From assembly GCF_040564635.1 (NCBI RefSeq), contig NZ_CP159837.1:355801-419800 (forward strand): a DNA stretch of 64,000 bases. Direction: 5' to 3'. The translations under genes and the position numbers were made by a program. This stretch comes from Planktothricoides raciborskii GIHE-MW2. GTDB lineage: Bacteria > Cyanobacteriota > Cyanobacteriia > Cyanobacteriales > Laspinemataceae. This document shows positions 19,578 to 29,228 of this stretch, in pieces; within the stretch, counting starts at the first letter, position 1, and each line of letters begins with the position of its first letter. The notes beneath the pieces were generated by a model. The model worked only from the letters and a program-made list of their open reading frames with translations. It was not told where the DNA came from and did not search any database.

Positions 19578-19610
19578 ATATAAATTATTCTAGGCTAGAA
19601 TAATTTATAT
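19578..19610. promoter_or_regulatory. 33-bp perfect palindrome ATATAAATTATTCTAG-G-CTAGAATAATTTATAT (operator-like)
   Basis: 16-bp perfectly complementary arms around a single central base, in the AT-rich 310-bp divergent intergenic region between the DUF1848 gene and the 19784 gene. Confidence 0.4.
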
Positions 19611-19783
19611 TCACTTATTTAATTTAAATTAAACTAATTTCAAGGCAAAACAAGCCCAAAAAACACCAGGTTTACCCTCTACCTATATTATAGACAGTAT
19701 ATACACAGTGCCTAGACTTTGCATTGAGTTTCCATTTTGTTATAAAATGATGTAAACCCACTGGCAAAAACGCCATTGAATTT

Positions 19784-20608
19784 ATGCAAATTATCAACAT
19801 TATCGTTTCCGGTCTGCTTACCTTGGTTTCCCCAGTTGGGGCTGTTTTCGATCGCGTTGCGGAAAAAGCTGTCCTGGATCAACTTTACGCAGCGGAAGAA
19901 TTAGAAGTCCGAGTAGATAATACTCCCAATTATCAGTTACTCCAAGGCAAAATAGACCGACTGCGGTTTGCCGGTCGTGGGTTATACCTAACTCCAGAAT
20001 TTCGGATTGACACCATAGAATTTGAAACGGATCCCTTGGACGTGGATCTGGAACGTTTGCGGGCAGAAAATCAAGGGTCTGTGCCGCAATTTCTGCGCCA
20101 ACCTTTACAAGGGGCGATCCGGTTAGTGCTTACGGAGGCAGACTTAAATCAAGCCCTGCGATCGCCTGCGGTATTAGAACAACTCCGTCAGGGTCAAGGG
20201 ACATTTAGCGAGGGCACGGAAGCAGAATCACTGTTACAACGGTATCAACTGGTAAATCCTGAGATTGATTTTTTAGGAGAAAATCGATTAAGCTTGCAAG
20301 CAGAAATTCAAGATCAAAGAGACAACGATCGCTTAACAGTGAGGATAGAATCAGAGGTAAGGGTAGTCGAGGGATCTAAAATAAATTTGGTTAACCCAAA
20401 GCTGTGGTTGAATGATGAGGAAGCCCCAGCTAATATAAGTCGGGTGCTCGCTAAATTCGTGAATCAAAAGCTGGATTTAACCTCTTTTGACTCCCAAGGA
20501 CTCCAAGCGCGAGTGATCCAGTTAAATATGAATGGCGAACAAATAGAGATTGTCAGTTTTCTGCGGATCGATAATGCCAAAGTAGCAGCCACTCTGAATC
20601 AGCGATGA
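19784..20608 (+). CDS. conserved hypothetical protein with N-terminal TM anchor (possibly DUF2993/LmeA-like)
   Basis: 274 aa; N-terminal hydrophobic helix then acidic/Gln-rich repetitive soluble region; family assignment is from memory and weak. Confidence 0.45.
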   Translation: MQIINIIVSGLLTLVSPVGAVFDRVAEKAVLDQLYAAEELEVRVDNTPNYQLLQGKIDRLRFAGRGLYLTPEFRIDTIEFETDPLDVDLERLRAENQGSVPQFLRQPLQGAIRLVLTEADLNQALRSPAVLEQLRQGQGTFSEGTEAESLLQRYQLVNPEIDFLGENRLSLQAEIQDQRDNDRLTVRIESEVRVVEGSKINLVNPKLWLNDEEAPANISRVLAKFVNQKLDLTSFDSQGLQARVIQLNMNGEQIEIVSFLRIDNAKVAATLNQR

Positions 20609-20832
20609 AATTTTCAGGATGCGGATCGAAAAGCTTTGTATTATTTACCAGTTCTCTCAGCATATTGCTATAATGTAACGTGATATTTGAAACGTGAGAT
20701 TTGAAATTAGCGATCGCTGCCATAATTCTCACAGCTTGATATTTATACTGGGAATGCAAGGCGCTTTGACTGAATACTAATTTAAATTCCCACCCTAGAT
20801 TCTGTGCCATCCCAAAGGAGAAAAAACCAGAA

Positions 20833-21513
20833 ATGGAAGAGCAACAAAAAATTAATAAAACACCTGCCGACTTCAAATTTCTTGCGGGTATTTCTGCCCT
20901 CGTATTAATCGCTGGTGGCGCCACCGCTGGATGGCTCTGGACTTCTCAGAAATCCGAGTCTCCCGTCACCAAACCAAACCCGGTGGAAACATCGCAACCA
21001 TCAGTGACACCGAACAATCAAGCAACAACGGTGCCCCCAGAAGTGATCGCCCCCAACACCAATGCCAGCGCCCCCAACGCCAGCAAATCGGTAGACATCT
21101 ATCTGTTGAAAGATAACGGTCTCAAATCTGAACTGGTGCCGGTGCCCATCAAGATGCAGGGGAAATCTGAACCCGCAGAAATATTAACCGGGGCATTTCA
21201 GCAGTTACTTAGCAACCAGGAGAATCAGTCTGACGCTTTCAGCAATATTCCTCAAGGGACTCAACTGCGTAGCCTGACCGTTAAACCTGATGGGATTCAT
21301 GTTGATTTGTCCCAAGAATTTAAAGATGGCGGTGGCAGTAACTCCATGATTGGTAGACTCCAGCAGGTGCTTTACACCGCTACCAGTTTAGATCCGAATG
21401 CTCCCGTGTGGATTTCCGTAGCCGGTGAACCCCTAACAGTTTTAGGGGGTGAAGGATTGGAAGTCCCTCAACCGCTGACTCGGCAGATATTTGAATCTGA
21501 GTTTCAACCGTAA
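20833..21513 (+). CDS. GerMN-domain protein with N-terminal TM anchor
   Basis: TM helix, Pro/Thr-rich linker, then VDIYLLKDNGLKSELVPVP...IGRLQQVLYTATSLD...VWISVAGEPLTVLGGEGLEV typical of the GerMN domain. Confidence 0.7.
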   Translation: MEEQQKINKTPADFKFLAGISALVLIAGGATAGWLWTSQKSESPVTKPNPVETSQPSVTPNNQATTVPPEVIAPNTNASAPNASKSVDIYLLKDNGLKSELVPVPIKMQGKSEPAEILTGAFQQLLSNQENQSDAFSNIPQGTQLRSLTVKPDGIHVDLSQEFKDGGGSNSMIGRLQQVLYTATSLDPNAPVWISVAGEPLTVLGGEGLEVPQPLTRQIFESEFQP

Positions 21514-21579
21514 ACAATTTTCGGTAATGGCGATCAAAAATCGCGAGGGAATTAAGGGCGCTTGAAGAAAGCGCCCTGA

Positions 21580-21930
21580 TTATTTTCCATTGAGGCTGAT
21601 GTTGCGAAAATGGCGAGCCTGCTGTTCAATCCTCAAAGCGAGGCGATCGCAAACTAACTTACATAATTCAAAAATTAGGGGATCCTCTACTCGATAATAA
21701 GCAGAAGTTCCTTCGCTACGACGGGTCAAAATTCCCGCTTGTAGCATCACTTTCAAATGCTTGGAAACATTCGCTTGACTGGTCTCAGTGGCGGCGACTA
21801 ACTCTTGCACGCATTTTTCCTCATCGCGCAGCAAATTTAAGAGCTTTAGACGCATTGGCTCGCTCAAAATGCTGAAATATTCAGCCACGTGTTGAATCAC
21901 TTCTGGGGGAACAGGCGGCGTTCCTTTCAT
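21580..21930 (-). CDS. ArsR/SmtB-family transcriptional regulator
   Basis: 116 aa; ...FSILSEPMRLKLLNLLRDEEKCVQELVAATETSQANVSKHLKVMLQAGIL... winged HTH of ArsR type. Confidence 0.85.
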   Translation of the reverse strand: MKGTPPVPPEVIQHVAEYFSILSEPMRLKLLNLLRDEEKCVQELVAATETSQANVSKHLKVMLQAGILTRRSEGTSAYYRVEDPLIFELCKLVCDRLALRIEQQARHFRNISLNGK

Positions 21931-22117
21931 GCAAGTTTATCTCAAAGTACCCACGGGCAAATTATAGCATCGATCGTTTTTATAACAATCAAGTAATAAA
22001 TATTCGTCAGAATTCAGCATATTGATAGACTCTGGCCAAAAATCAGCCCTAAAAAAATCAATCCACCCCGGCAGATCGAATCAATACCGAGGTGATTTCT
22101 TAAATAGTCAATTGATA

Positions 22118-22687
22118 TTAATCCGGTTGAATCCGCATTAAAACTTGCTCATATTCCACCGGCTGGGCATTATCAACCACAATTTCCATCACTTGACCAG
22201 ACACTTCGGCCTCGATCTCATTCATCAGCTTCATTGCTTCAATAATGCAGACCGTTTGACCAATGCTGACGCGATCGCCAACCTTGACAAAAGGAGGCTC
22301 GTCTGGGGCTGGGGCGCGATAGAAAGTACCCACCATCGGGGCAGTCACCACTACCCACTTATTGTCTAGGGATGGGGGTGCGGCGGGGGTGCCTGGAGAT
22401 GAGGCACCTGCTTTCAGGCTCGGTTCGCCAGCCGCCGCCGAAGGCATGGGCGAAATGGGTGTTGCGGGAACCGTTGCCCCAGAAACAGAAGAGATATCTT
22501 CTGGAACACCCATCACTTTATCTGTAATTTGTAACTTGGGAGCCACCGGAGGAAAGACTCGTTCCCCATCAGCAATCCCTTTACGCACCGTGAGTTCCAA
22601 ATCGCCGCTTTTTAAGATCATCTCGGAAATATCAGTTTGATCTAAAGCGGCGATTAGCTCTCGGAGTTGGTTTAAGTCCAATTCCAC
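22118..22687 (-). CDS. accB: acetyl-CoA carboxylase biotin carboxyl carrier protein
   Basis: Ala/Pro-rich linker and C-terminal biotinyl domain with the CIIEAMKLMNEIEAE motif. Confidence 0.9.
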   Translation of the reverse strand: MELDLNQLRELIAALDQTDISEMILKSGDLELTVRKGIADGERVFPPVAPKLQITDKVMGVPEDISSVSGATVPATPISPMPSAAAGEPSLKAGASSPGTPAAPPSLDNKWVVVTAPMVGTFYRAPAPDEPPFVKVGDRVSIGQTVCIIEAMKLMNEIEAEVSGQVMEIVVDNAQPVEYEQVLMRIQPD

Positions 22688-22906
22688 AGTTGATTTGACC
22701 CCTTCATATGGCGCGATCGATCGGTGAGCGGGAAAAGTTCTGGCTTTCGGAGATCAAACAATTCTGTGGCTTTCGCCCTGATGAGCAAACATCAGCGTCG
22801 ATGCTTAAACTCAACTGATTCCGAGTGCCAGCCTCGCGGCCTGCCGATCGCCTTACTCTAAACATTTACTGAATCACAAGCAATGAATCACAAGCCAAGC
22901 GGCTGA

Positions 22907-23464
22907 TTATTCACGACCCAAGTAGCTATCATTGCGCGTATCAATTTTGATCCGCTCGCCAATAGAAATAAACAAAGGAACCATTACTTGAGCGCCTGTG
23001 GAAACAATCGCGGGCTTGGTGCCACCTGTTGCCGTGTCACCTTTAACTCCTGGATCGGTTTGGGTCACTTCTAAAACTACAGAATTGGGTAGTTCCACTT
23101 CTAGGACTTGGCCGTTCCAGGTAATCACATTCACTTCCATACTTTCTGTGAGATACTTAACGCGATCTCCAATCTGGTCTGGATTCAAGCGGGCTTCTTC
23201 GTAAGTTTCCATATCCATAAAGACGAACTGTTCGCCCTCTTTATAGGTATGCTGCATGGTACGTTTTTCTAAGGTGGCTTGAGGGACAGTTTCCCCAGCG
23301 CGGAACGTCCGCTCAACAACGCTCCCACTCTGCACGTTTTTTAGCTTGGTTCGCACAAAGGCAGAACCTTTACCGGGCTTCACGTGGAGAAATTCTACCA
23401 CCCGCCAAACCGCCCCATCTAATTCAATCGTGACGCCTGGTCGAAAATCGTTACTGGAAATCAT
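22907..23464 (-). CDS. efp: elongation factor P
   Basis: [43 protein letters not shown]...; accB directly downstream, as in the common cyanobacterial efp-accB arrangement. Confidence 0.95.
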   Translation of the reverse strand: MISSNDFRPGVTIELDGAVWRVVEFLHVKPGKGSAFVRTKLKNVQSGSVVERTFRAGETVPQATLEKRTMQHTYKEGEQFVFMDMETYEEARLNPDQIGDRVKYLTESMEVNVITWNGQVLEVELPNSVVLEVTQTDPGVKGDTATGGTKPAIVSTGAQVMVPLFISIGERIKIDTRNDSYLGRE

Positions 23465-23771
23465 TAATTTTATCTAGGGGAGAACAATCGGCATTTTATT
23501 GTACCGCGAGCGTACACGATTACTCATTTAACCTACTTAATGTTTTTTGGCTATTATTACCGATTAATTATTAAAAATTTGTTATAAAATCGAAAAACGG
23601 GAGTCATTCAGCCCCCAAGAATCACCAAGAATCACCAAGAATCACCAATAATGGTGACTAATGGTGGCGATCGCCAAGATTTTGCCAGAATAATCCACCG
23701 AATTCCATGAATCGACCGGCGCGGTGTGGGAAGATTTCATAGACGCCTTTGTTGATCTCAAAAACCAATCC

Positions 23772-24923
23772 ATGCCTTTTTCGAGCAAAAAAATCACAAA
23801 TTTATTAAAAAGTTGGCTGAAAACTAGCCTATTGCTCCTGCTGCTAGTCAACTTATCCATCGGTCTTAGTGCTGCCGCTTGGTGGGACTCTGGCAGTAGC
23901 CAAACCCCTCAGAAGCGTGAAAGCATTTTGCCACCGGGAAATGCGATTACCAATCCCAAAGCTCTGTTACGCTACGCTTTACCCATTGACAATCAACCCA
24001 TCCGCAAAATCCAAAGCTTGTTGGAAAGTATCTCCGACGAACTGCGGGCTAAACGCTGGAAACCCATCGAGGGCTATATCTCAAAGGTAGAAGTCATCCT
24101 GAAAACTCAGGACGATCAAATTCTCCAAGATATTCCCGAAGCGAAACAAGCTGAAGCCCAGGCTCTGATTGCTCAAATCCAAGCAGACCTCAACTCGTTA
24201 CGCACAGCGGTTGTGGCTGAAAATAAACCCAGCACTCAGCAAGCGCGAAATCAACTTTTAGACTTGGTGGGTGAAATTGAGTCATTAATGGTGAAAGAAT
24301 TTCCCTTTGAAGTTCCTTCAGAATATAGTCATCTACCCCAGTTAAAAGGTCGCGCTACGGTGCAGATGGAAACTGAGTTCGGTTACCTAACAATGGTTGT
24401 AGATGGTTACAGTGCCCCGGTTACAGCGGGTAATTTTGTGGATCTGGTGCAACGCGGTTTCTATGACGGTTTAGAATTTACTCGCGCCGAGGGTTCTTAT
24501 GTCCTCCAAACCGGAGATCCACCGGGAAAAGAAGAAGGGTTTATCGATCCAAAAACTGGCGAATATCGCAATATTCCTTTGGAAATTTTACTCCGAGGCT
24601 ACGATAAGCCGATTTATGGCATTACCTTAGAAGATGCCGGTCTATATCGGGAAAAGCCGGTTCTTCCTTTCTCGGCTTATGGGGCTTTAGCAATGGCTAG
24701 ACCGGAAGAAGAACCAGATGGTGGTTCTTCACAGTTTTTCTTTTTCTTGTTTGAACCAGAATTGACTCCCGCTGGTTTGAATTTACTCGATGGACGCTAT
24801 AGCGTTTTTGGCTTTGTCACCGAAGGTAAAGAGGTTTTGGAGAAACTGAAACGGGGAGATAAAATTCTCTCGGCCAAAGTCATTGAAGGGGCAGAAAATT
24901 TACAGTCTCCTCAAAGTATCTAA
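23772..24923 (+). CDS. cyclophilin-type peptidyl-prolyl cis-trans isomerase with N-terminal signal/helical domain (TLP40/CYP38-like lumenal PPIase)
   Basis: C-terminal cyclophilin motifs (GYSAPVTAGNFVDLVQRGFYDGLEFTR..., SQFFFFLF, GRYSVFGFVTEG); likely start at the Met preceding a signal-peptide-like KTSLLLLLLVNLSIGLSAAAW; the ORF track begins 16 codons earlier. Confidence 0.85.
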   Translation: MPFSSKKITNLLKSWLKTSLLLLLLVNLSIGLSAAAWWDSGSSQTPQKRESILPPGNAITNPKALLRYALPIDNQPIRKIQSLLESISDELRAKRWKPIEGYISKVEVILKTQDDQILQDIPEAKQAEAQALIAQIQADLNSLRTAVVAENKPSTQQARNQLLDLVGEIESLMVKEFPFEVPSEYSHLPQLKGRATVQMETEFGYLTMVVDGYSAPVTAGNFVDLVQRGFYDGLEFTRAEGSYVLQTGDPPGKEEGFIDPKTGEYRNIPLEILLRGYDKPIYGITLEDAGLYREKPVLPFSAYGALAMARPEEEPDGGSSQFFFFLFEPELTPAGLNLLDGRYSVFGFVTEGKEVLEKLKRGDKILSAKVIEGAENLQSPQSI

Positions 24924-24937
24924 GCAGGATATGTCAG

Positions 24938-24997
24938 ATATTGCCTCAGACATTGTCTCAGACATTGCCTCAGACATTGCCTCAGATATCATTGACG
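24938..24997. repeat. 12-bp tandem repeat CCTCAGACATTG (about 5 copies)
   Basis: Direct reading of the sequence. Confidence 0.7.
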
Positions 24998-25054
24998 ATT
25001 TCGCCCTGGAAAACTTCTGATTTTCCCTAAAGGGAGATTCCCGGCGATTAGTCA

Positions 25055-25091
25055 CAAAAAAACCCGTTTGTTAAAAAAAACGGGTTTTTTT
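25055..25091. terminator. bidirectional rho-independent terminator AAAAAAACCCGTTTG..AAAAACGGGTTTTTTT
   Basis: Perfect stem with A-run and T-run flanks, downstream of the PPIase gene. Confidence 0.7.
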
Positions 25092-25153
25092 GTGGAAATC
25101 CTGAAGCCTGATGATACCAAATACGGTTGTCAAAACCAGTTTATCAAGCCATA

Positions 25154-25342
25154 TGTCATTCCCGCCTTCGCGGGAATCAAGAAGCGTTTTAGGTGATTCC
25201 CTCGCATAGCTCATGCGAGGGAATCGTATGGGCGAGAAAGCGAATCGCCCGTACAGGAGAACCGGATTTGGTATGAGATATAGCGCTTCTTATTGGATGA
25301 ATTACAGAGGTTTTCTGGATTCCCGCCTGCGCGGGAATGACA
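25154..25342. mobile_element. composite palindromic MITE-like element (TIRs TGTCATTCCCGCCTTCGCGGGAATC / GATTCCCGCCTGCGCGGGAATGACA enclosing further palindromes)
   Basis: Terminal inverted copies of the GTCATTCCCGC..GCGGGAATGAC core; internal palindrome GATTCCCTCGCATAGCTCATGCGAGGGAATC; gives the spurious ...SRLRGNDK... ORFs. Confidence 0.65.
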
Positions 25343-25485
25343 AATTTTTTTGGTACTTCATAACTCCGAGAAGTGCTATAATGAACCAAAGGAGCGATCG
25401 CTTTATTATATAATGATTATTGTCTCAATGGTTTCAATTGCTTAAAATATTGAATTTAATCTATTACTACCAAGAGAGAAATACT

Positions 25486-25785
25486 ATGCCAATTTTAGAA
25501 TTTTTAGTAGCGTTCGGAATAGGAGTATTATCATTTCTATTCCTATCGAATACCATCAGTAAAAAAAATATTATGCAAAGACTTGATGAGGCATTTTATC
25601 AGCTTTTAGAATCAGAAAATGGTCACATTACGCTGATTCAATTGGCCACCACTGCTAGAGTGGACGCGGAAGTAACTCGCGCCTACTTAGAACATCAAGC
25701 CAAAGCGTTTGATGCTACTTTAGAAGTCGATGCTGATGGCGATTTTTTTTATCGTTTTCCTAAACTTCATCAAGGAAATCAATAA
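25486..25785 (+). CDS. small hypothetical protein with one N-terminal TM helix
   Basis: Likely start MPILEFLVAFGIGVLSFLFL; 100 aa; no recognisable family. Confidence 0.4.
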   Translation: MPILEFLVAFGIGVLSFLFLSNTISKKNIMQRLDEAFYQLLESENGHITLIQLATTARVDAEVTRAYLEHQAKAFDATLEVDADGDFFYRFPKLHQGNQ

Positions 25786-25925
25786 TTGATATATCAATTA
25801 TTGATGATAAAAATTGATTGGTTAATTTTTGGTAATTTTATTTTTATTTATGCTAAAATAAATCAAACATTTTTATGTTAATTACATCAAAATAAGAAAA
25901 ATTTAATTAAATAAATTCGGCGGAA

Positions 25926-26966
25926 TTGGTAATGGTTAACAATAATGTAGATTCCCTGAAAGTTGCCGAGATTGGCGAACAGGGACTTTTGCAACGATTA
26001 CACCAGTTTTGTCCCTCAGAGATTATTGGGGATGATGGAGCGGCGATCGCCTGGAAATCCGATCGCGGCGAAAACCTGGTCGTGACCACCGATGTGTTAG
26101 TGGATCGAGTCCATTTTAGCGATCGCACCACTTCGGCCCAAGATGCCGGTTGGCGAGCCGCTGCTGCGAACTTATCGGATTTGGCAGCAATGGGCGCCGC
26201 ACCCATTGGCATTACCGTGGGCTTGGGACTGCCAGGGCAAACCCCTGTCCGCTGGGTGGAAGAACTTTATCAGGGAATGGTCAGTTGCCTGAATCGTTAT
26301 CACACGCCGATTCTGGGTGGGGATGTGGTGCGGTCATCGGTGATTACCATTTCGATTACAGCGTTGGGGCAAGGGTCGCCAAAACAGGTGATTCGGCGGT
26401 CAACGGCTCAACCGGGAGATGCGATAGTGGTGACTGGGGCACATGGAGGGTCGCGGGCTGGTTTAGAACTGCTGCTCAACCCAGAGTTAAAAGGTCAACT
26501 CACCCCGGAAAACTATCAAGTTTTGGTGCGATCGCATCAACGCCCCATCCCCAGACTGGACATTTTGCCAATTTTGTTATCCTTAACTCAGAGCGATGGA
26601 GCGTCGATCCGGGTCAGTGGCATGGACAGCAGCGATGGTCTAGCGGATGCAGTCTACCAAATTTCCACCACCAGTGGCACAGGAGCAATAATTGAGGCGG
26701 AGAAAATACCAATACTCCCGGCCTTGTTAGACTGGGTGCCACCGGCAAAAGCTCTAGAGTGGGCTTTATACGGAGGTGAAGACTTTGAACTCGTCCTCTG
26801 TTTACCCCCAGCCACTGCCCGGGCATTGGTGGAAACATTGGGTCCGATGAGTGCCATTATCGGCACCATCACAAAAGAAACCGGCGTCTGTTTAGTCCAC
26901 AGCGCCGGTGTTAATCATATAGAATCTTTAACTGGTCAAAAAGGATTTGAGCATTTCAAATTCTAG
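25926..26966 (+). CDS. thiL: thiamine-monophosphate kinase
   Basis: AIR-synthase-related fold motifs (EIGEQGLLQRL..., LVVTTDVLVDRVHF, GMDSSDGLADA). Confidence 0.85.
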   Translation: MVMVNNNVDSLKVAEIGEQGLLQRLHQFCPSEIIGDDGAAIAWKSDRGENLVVTTDVLVDRVHFSDRTTSAQDAGWRAAAANLSDLAAMGAAPIGITVGLGLPGQTPVRWVEELYQGMVSCLNRYHTPILGGDVVRSSVITISITALGQGSPKQVIRRSTAQPGDAIVVTGAHGGSRAGLELLLNPELKGQLTPENYQVLVRSHQRPIPRLDILPILLSLTQSDGASIRVSGMDSSDGLADAVYQISTTSGTGAIIEAEKIPILPALLDWVPPAKALEWALYGGEDFELVLCLPPATARALVETLGPMSAIIGTITKETGVCLVHSAGVNHIESLTGQKGFEHFKF

Positions 26967-27020
26967 AGAGGTCACTGGTCAGCAAATCTCTAGAAAGCTC
27001 AAATCTTTTTTAAGCAATTT

Positions 27021-28037
27021 TTAAGCGACCCACTTTTGGGCCACCAGTTCAGCCAGGTCAACCACCCGCTGACTATAACCCCATTCGTTGTCGTACCAGC
27101 CGACCACTTTCACCATATCTCCACCCATGACCAAAGTGAGGCTGGAGTCTACGATAGAAGACTCATCAGTTCCTTTGTAATCACTGGAAACTAAAGGTTC
27201 ATCGGTATATCCGAGAATTCCTTTCAGGGAACCGTGGGCGGCATCATGCAGGGCTTGATTGACTTCTTCCACAAAGGTTTTCTTCTCAACTTGGGCTACG
27301 AAGTCTACCACAGACACATTGGGAGTAGGAACCCGCAAGGCAATCCCATTGAGTTTTCCGGCCACCGCTGGGTAAACCAAAGCCACGGCTTGAGCCGCCC
27401 CAGTGCTGGTGGGAACAATGTTCATCGCGGCAGCCCGGGCCCGACGCACATCCCGGTGGCTGGCATCTAAGAGACGCTGGTCGCCGGTATAGCTGTGAGT
27501 GGTGGTCATGGTGCCTTTGATGATGCCGAAATGCTCGTGGAGGACTTTGACGATTGGCGCCAAGCAGTTGGTAGTACAACTGGCGTTGCTCAGAACGGCG
27601 TACTCTTCGTGGGTGTACTCGTGATGGTTGACCCCCATCACATAAGTGCCGACGCCACTCCCTTTTCCAGGAGCAGTAATCAGGACTTTCTTGGCTCCCG
27701 CTTCAATATGCTTGGAGGCGCCCTCTTTGCTGACAAACACCCCAGTAGATTCGATAATTAAGTCAATATCCCAGTCTTTCCAGGGCAAGTTTAAGGGGTT
27801 GCGATCGGAGACGCATTTGATCGTCTTGCCGTTGACCGTAATGGAGTTCTCATCCGCACTGATATCAGCGTTCAACTTACCCAACATGGTGTCGTATTTG
27901 AGCAGATGGGAGTTGATTTTTGGGTCTGAAGTGTCATTGATTCCAACCACTTCGAGTTGACTATCAGTGCGGGTGAGCCAGCAGCGCAGAAAATTACGTC
28001 CAATCCGTCCAAAACCGTTAATCGCGACTCTAACCAC
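27021..28037 (-). CDS. gap: glyceraldehyde-3-phosphate dehydrogenase (type I)
   Basis: [18 protein letters not shown]..., [21 protein letters not shown] motifs. Confidence 0.95.
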   Translation of the reverse strand: MVRVAINGFGRIGRNFLRCWLTRTDSQLEVVGINDTSDPKINSHLLKYDTMLGKLNADISADENSITVNGKTIKCVSDRNPLNLPWKDWDIDLIIESTGVFVSKEGASKHIEAGAKKVLITAPGKGSGVGTYVMGVNHHEYTHEEYAVLSNASCTTNCLAPIVKVLHEHFGIIKGTMTTTHSYTGDQRLLDASHRDVRRARAAAMNIVPTSTGAAQAVALVYPAVAGKLNGIALRVPTPNVSVVDFVAQVEKKTFVEEVNQALHDAAHGSLKGILGYTDEPLVSSDYKGTDESSIVDSSLTLVMGGDMVKVVGWYDNEWGYSQRVVDLAELVAQKWVA

Positions 28038-29228
28038 TAGATACCTCCTAAATTTTTATACTTCCCTATCCACAACTAGCCAGAAGCTACTGTTGTGTTT
28101 GATTAATTGTGAGCGATATGATCTGGCTTGCTTCTGAAATTTAGGGCTGATGTCCCCTATCCCTGGATTTCTTCTGCCGATTCCTTTGGTGTTTTGCGCC
28201 ACGTTTCTCTACTTCCTGCTGAAATTTAACAGGTGGTAGGGAGTCCTTTTGACGAGATCCACACAAGTCACCTCAAACAATCAGAGATTAAATAATCAGA
28301 CAGTTAAATCCGCACCTGATTCAGGATTTTATCCTGAATGGGTTAATTCCCATAGTTATATGCACAATTCTCCCGTCTAAGTCGGGTGAGCTTGTTTAGC
28401 ATCAGCCTCGGATAATTCCAGAAAAGTCAAGATTCAGTAATGACCCAGATCATACCGCAAAGGCTGACCAACTCAACCAACCACGTCGATCGCATGCATA
28501 TTCATTTGGTAGTTTTGACTCTCGTATTTTTCAGTTTTTACTTTGGAGACTGCCGCACTAGGGGGATCGCCTTTGCATATGATGCTTGATTTCACGACAG
28601 GCGATCGCCGGAACGCCGGAATGTTTCTCTCTCGATGGAGCATAATTCAGAAACATTGAGTCTCAGTTGCAGTCTGTCGGAGATAGCCGATCGAACTTTG
28701 ATCCGTCAAACCGTAGATAAACTAATGAAAAAACTTAAAAAATATAGGTTTTGTATATATGTTAGGTCAAGCAAGAATGCTCCCATCTGTTCTCTGGTGA
28801 CAGTGAATTGGTGAGCCAATCGGTATCCTGTAGACTCAAATGCATATTTATCTGGCGTTTTCATCCCTCGTTGCACAACAAATTCCCCGACTTTGACCCC
28901 AAGGAAAGTGGTTTGTTGCCGAGCGATCGAAGTGGATTAGAATAAGCAGATAGCTGGCTAAGGGATTGGGCTTTTTGCGATCGTAAAAACTCCCATTCAG
29001 GACAGGGTTGGATAAAAGCTGTTTTTAAAGTTACTGTAGAACCAGAAATTTAAAAATGTTCAGGAAATGGCAGCACAGTCCTCGTATAAACGTTTAAGAT
29101 ATTGCTCAAGCTGATGGAGGCTGGATCTTCCTACGGTGATGACTGAACTATGATGGCGGAGTTGAACCGAGAAAAACAATTATTGGTATGATATCGCGTG
29201 TTATTGGTGTGGCGTGCAAGGAGCTAAA

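Noticed and set aside
20553-20924. 123-aa minus-strand ORF spanning the 19784 gene end, the intergenic region and the GerMN gene start
   Set aside because: It overlaps two well-supported plus-strand genes and their promoter region, with no homology-like features.
23607-23645. (CAAGAATCAC)x3-4 tandem repeat as a possible regulatory array upstream of the PPIase gene
   Set aside because: It is a short simple repeat with no further supporting signal. It is noted only as low-complexity sequence.
25189-25413. Two overlapping 66-aa ORFs containing IPAQAGIQKT / SRLRGNDKFF
   Set aside because: They are translations of the composite palindromic element, the well-known REP/MITE translation artefact.
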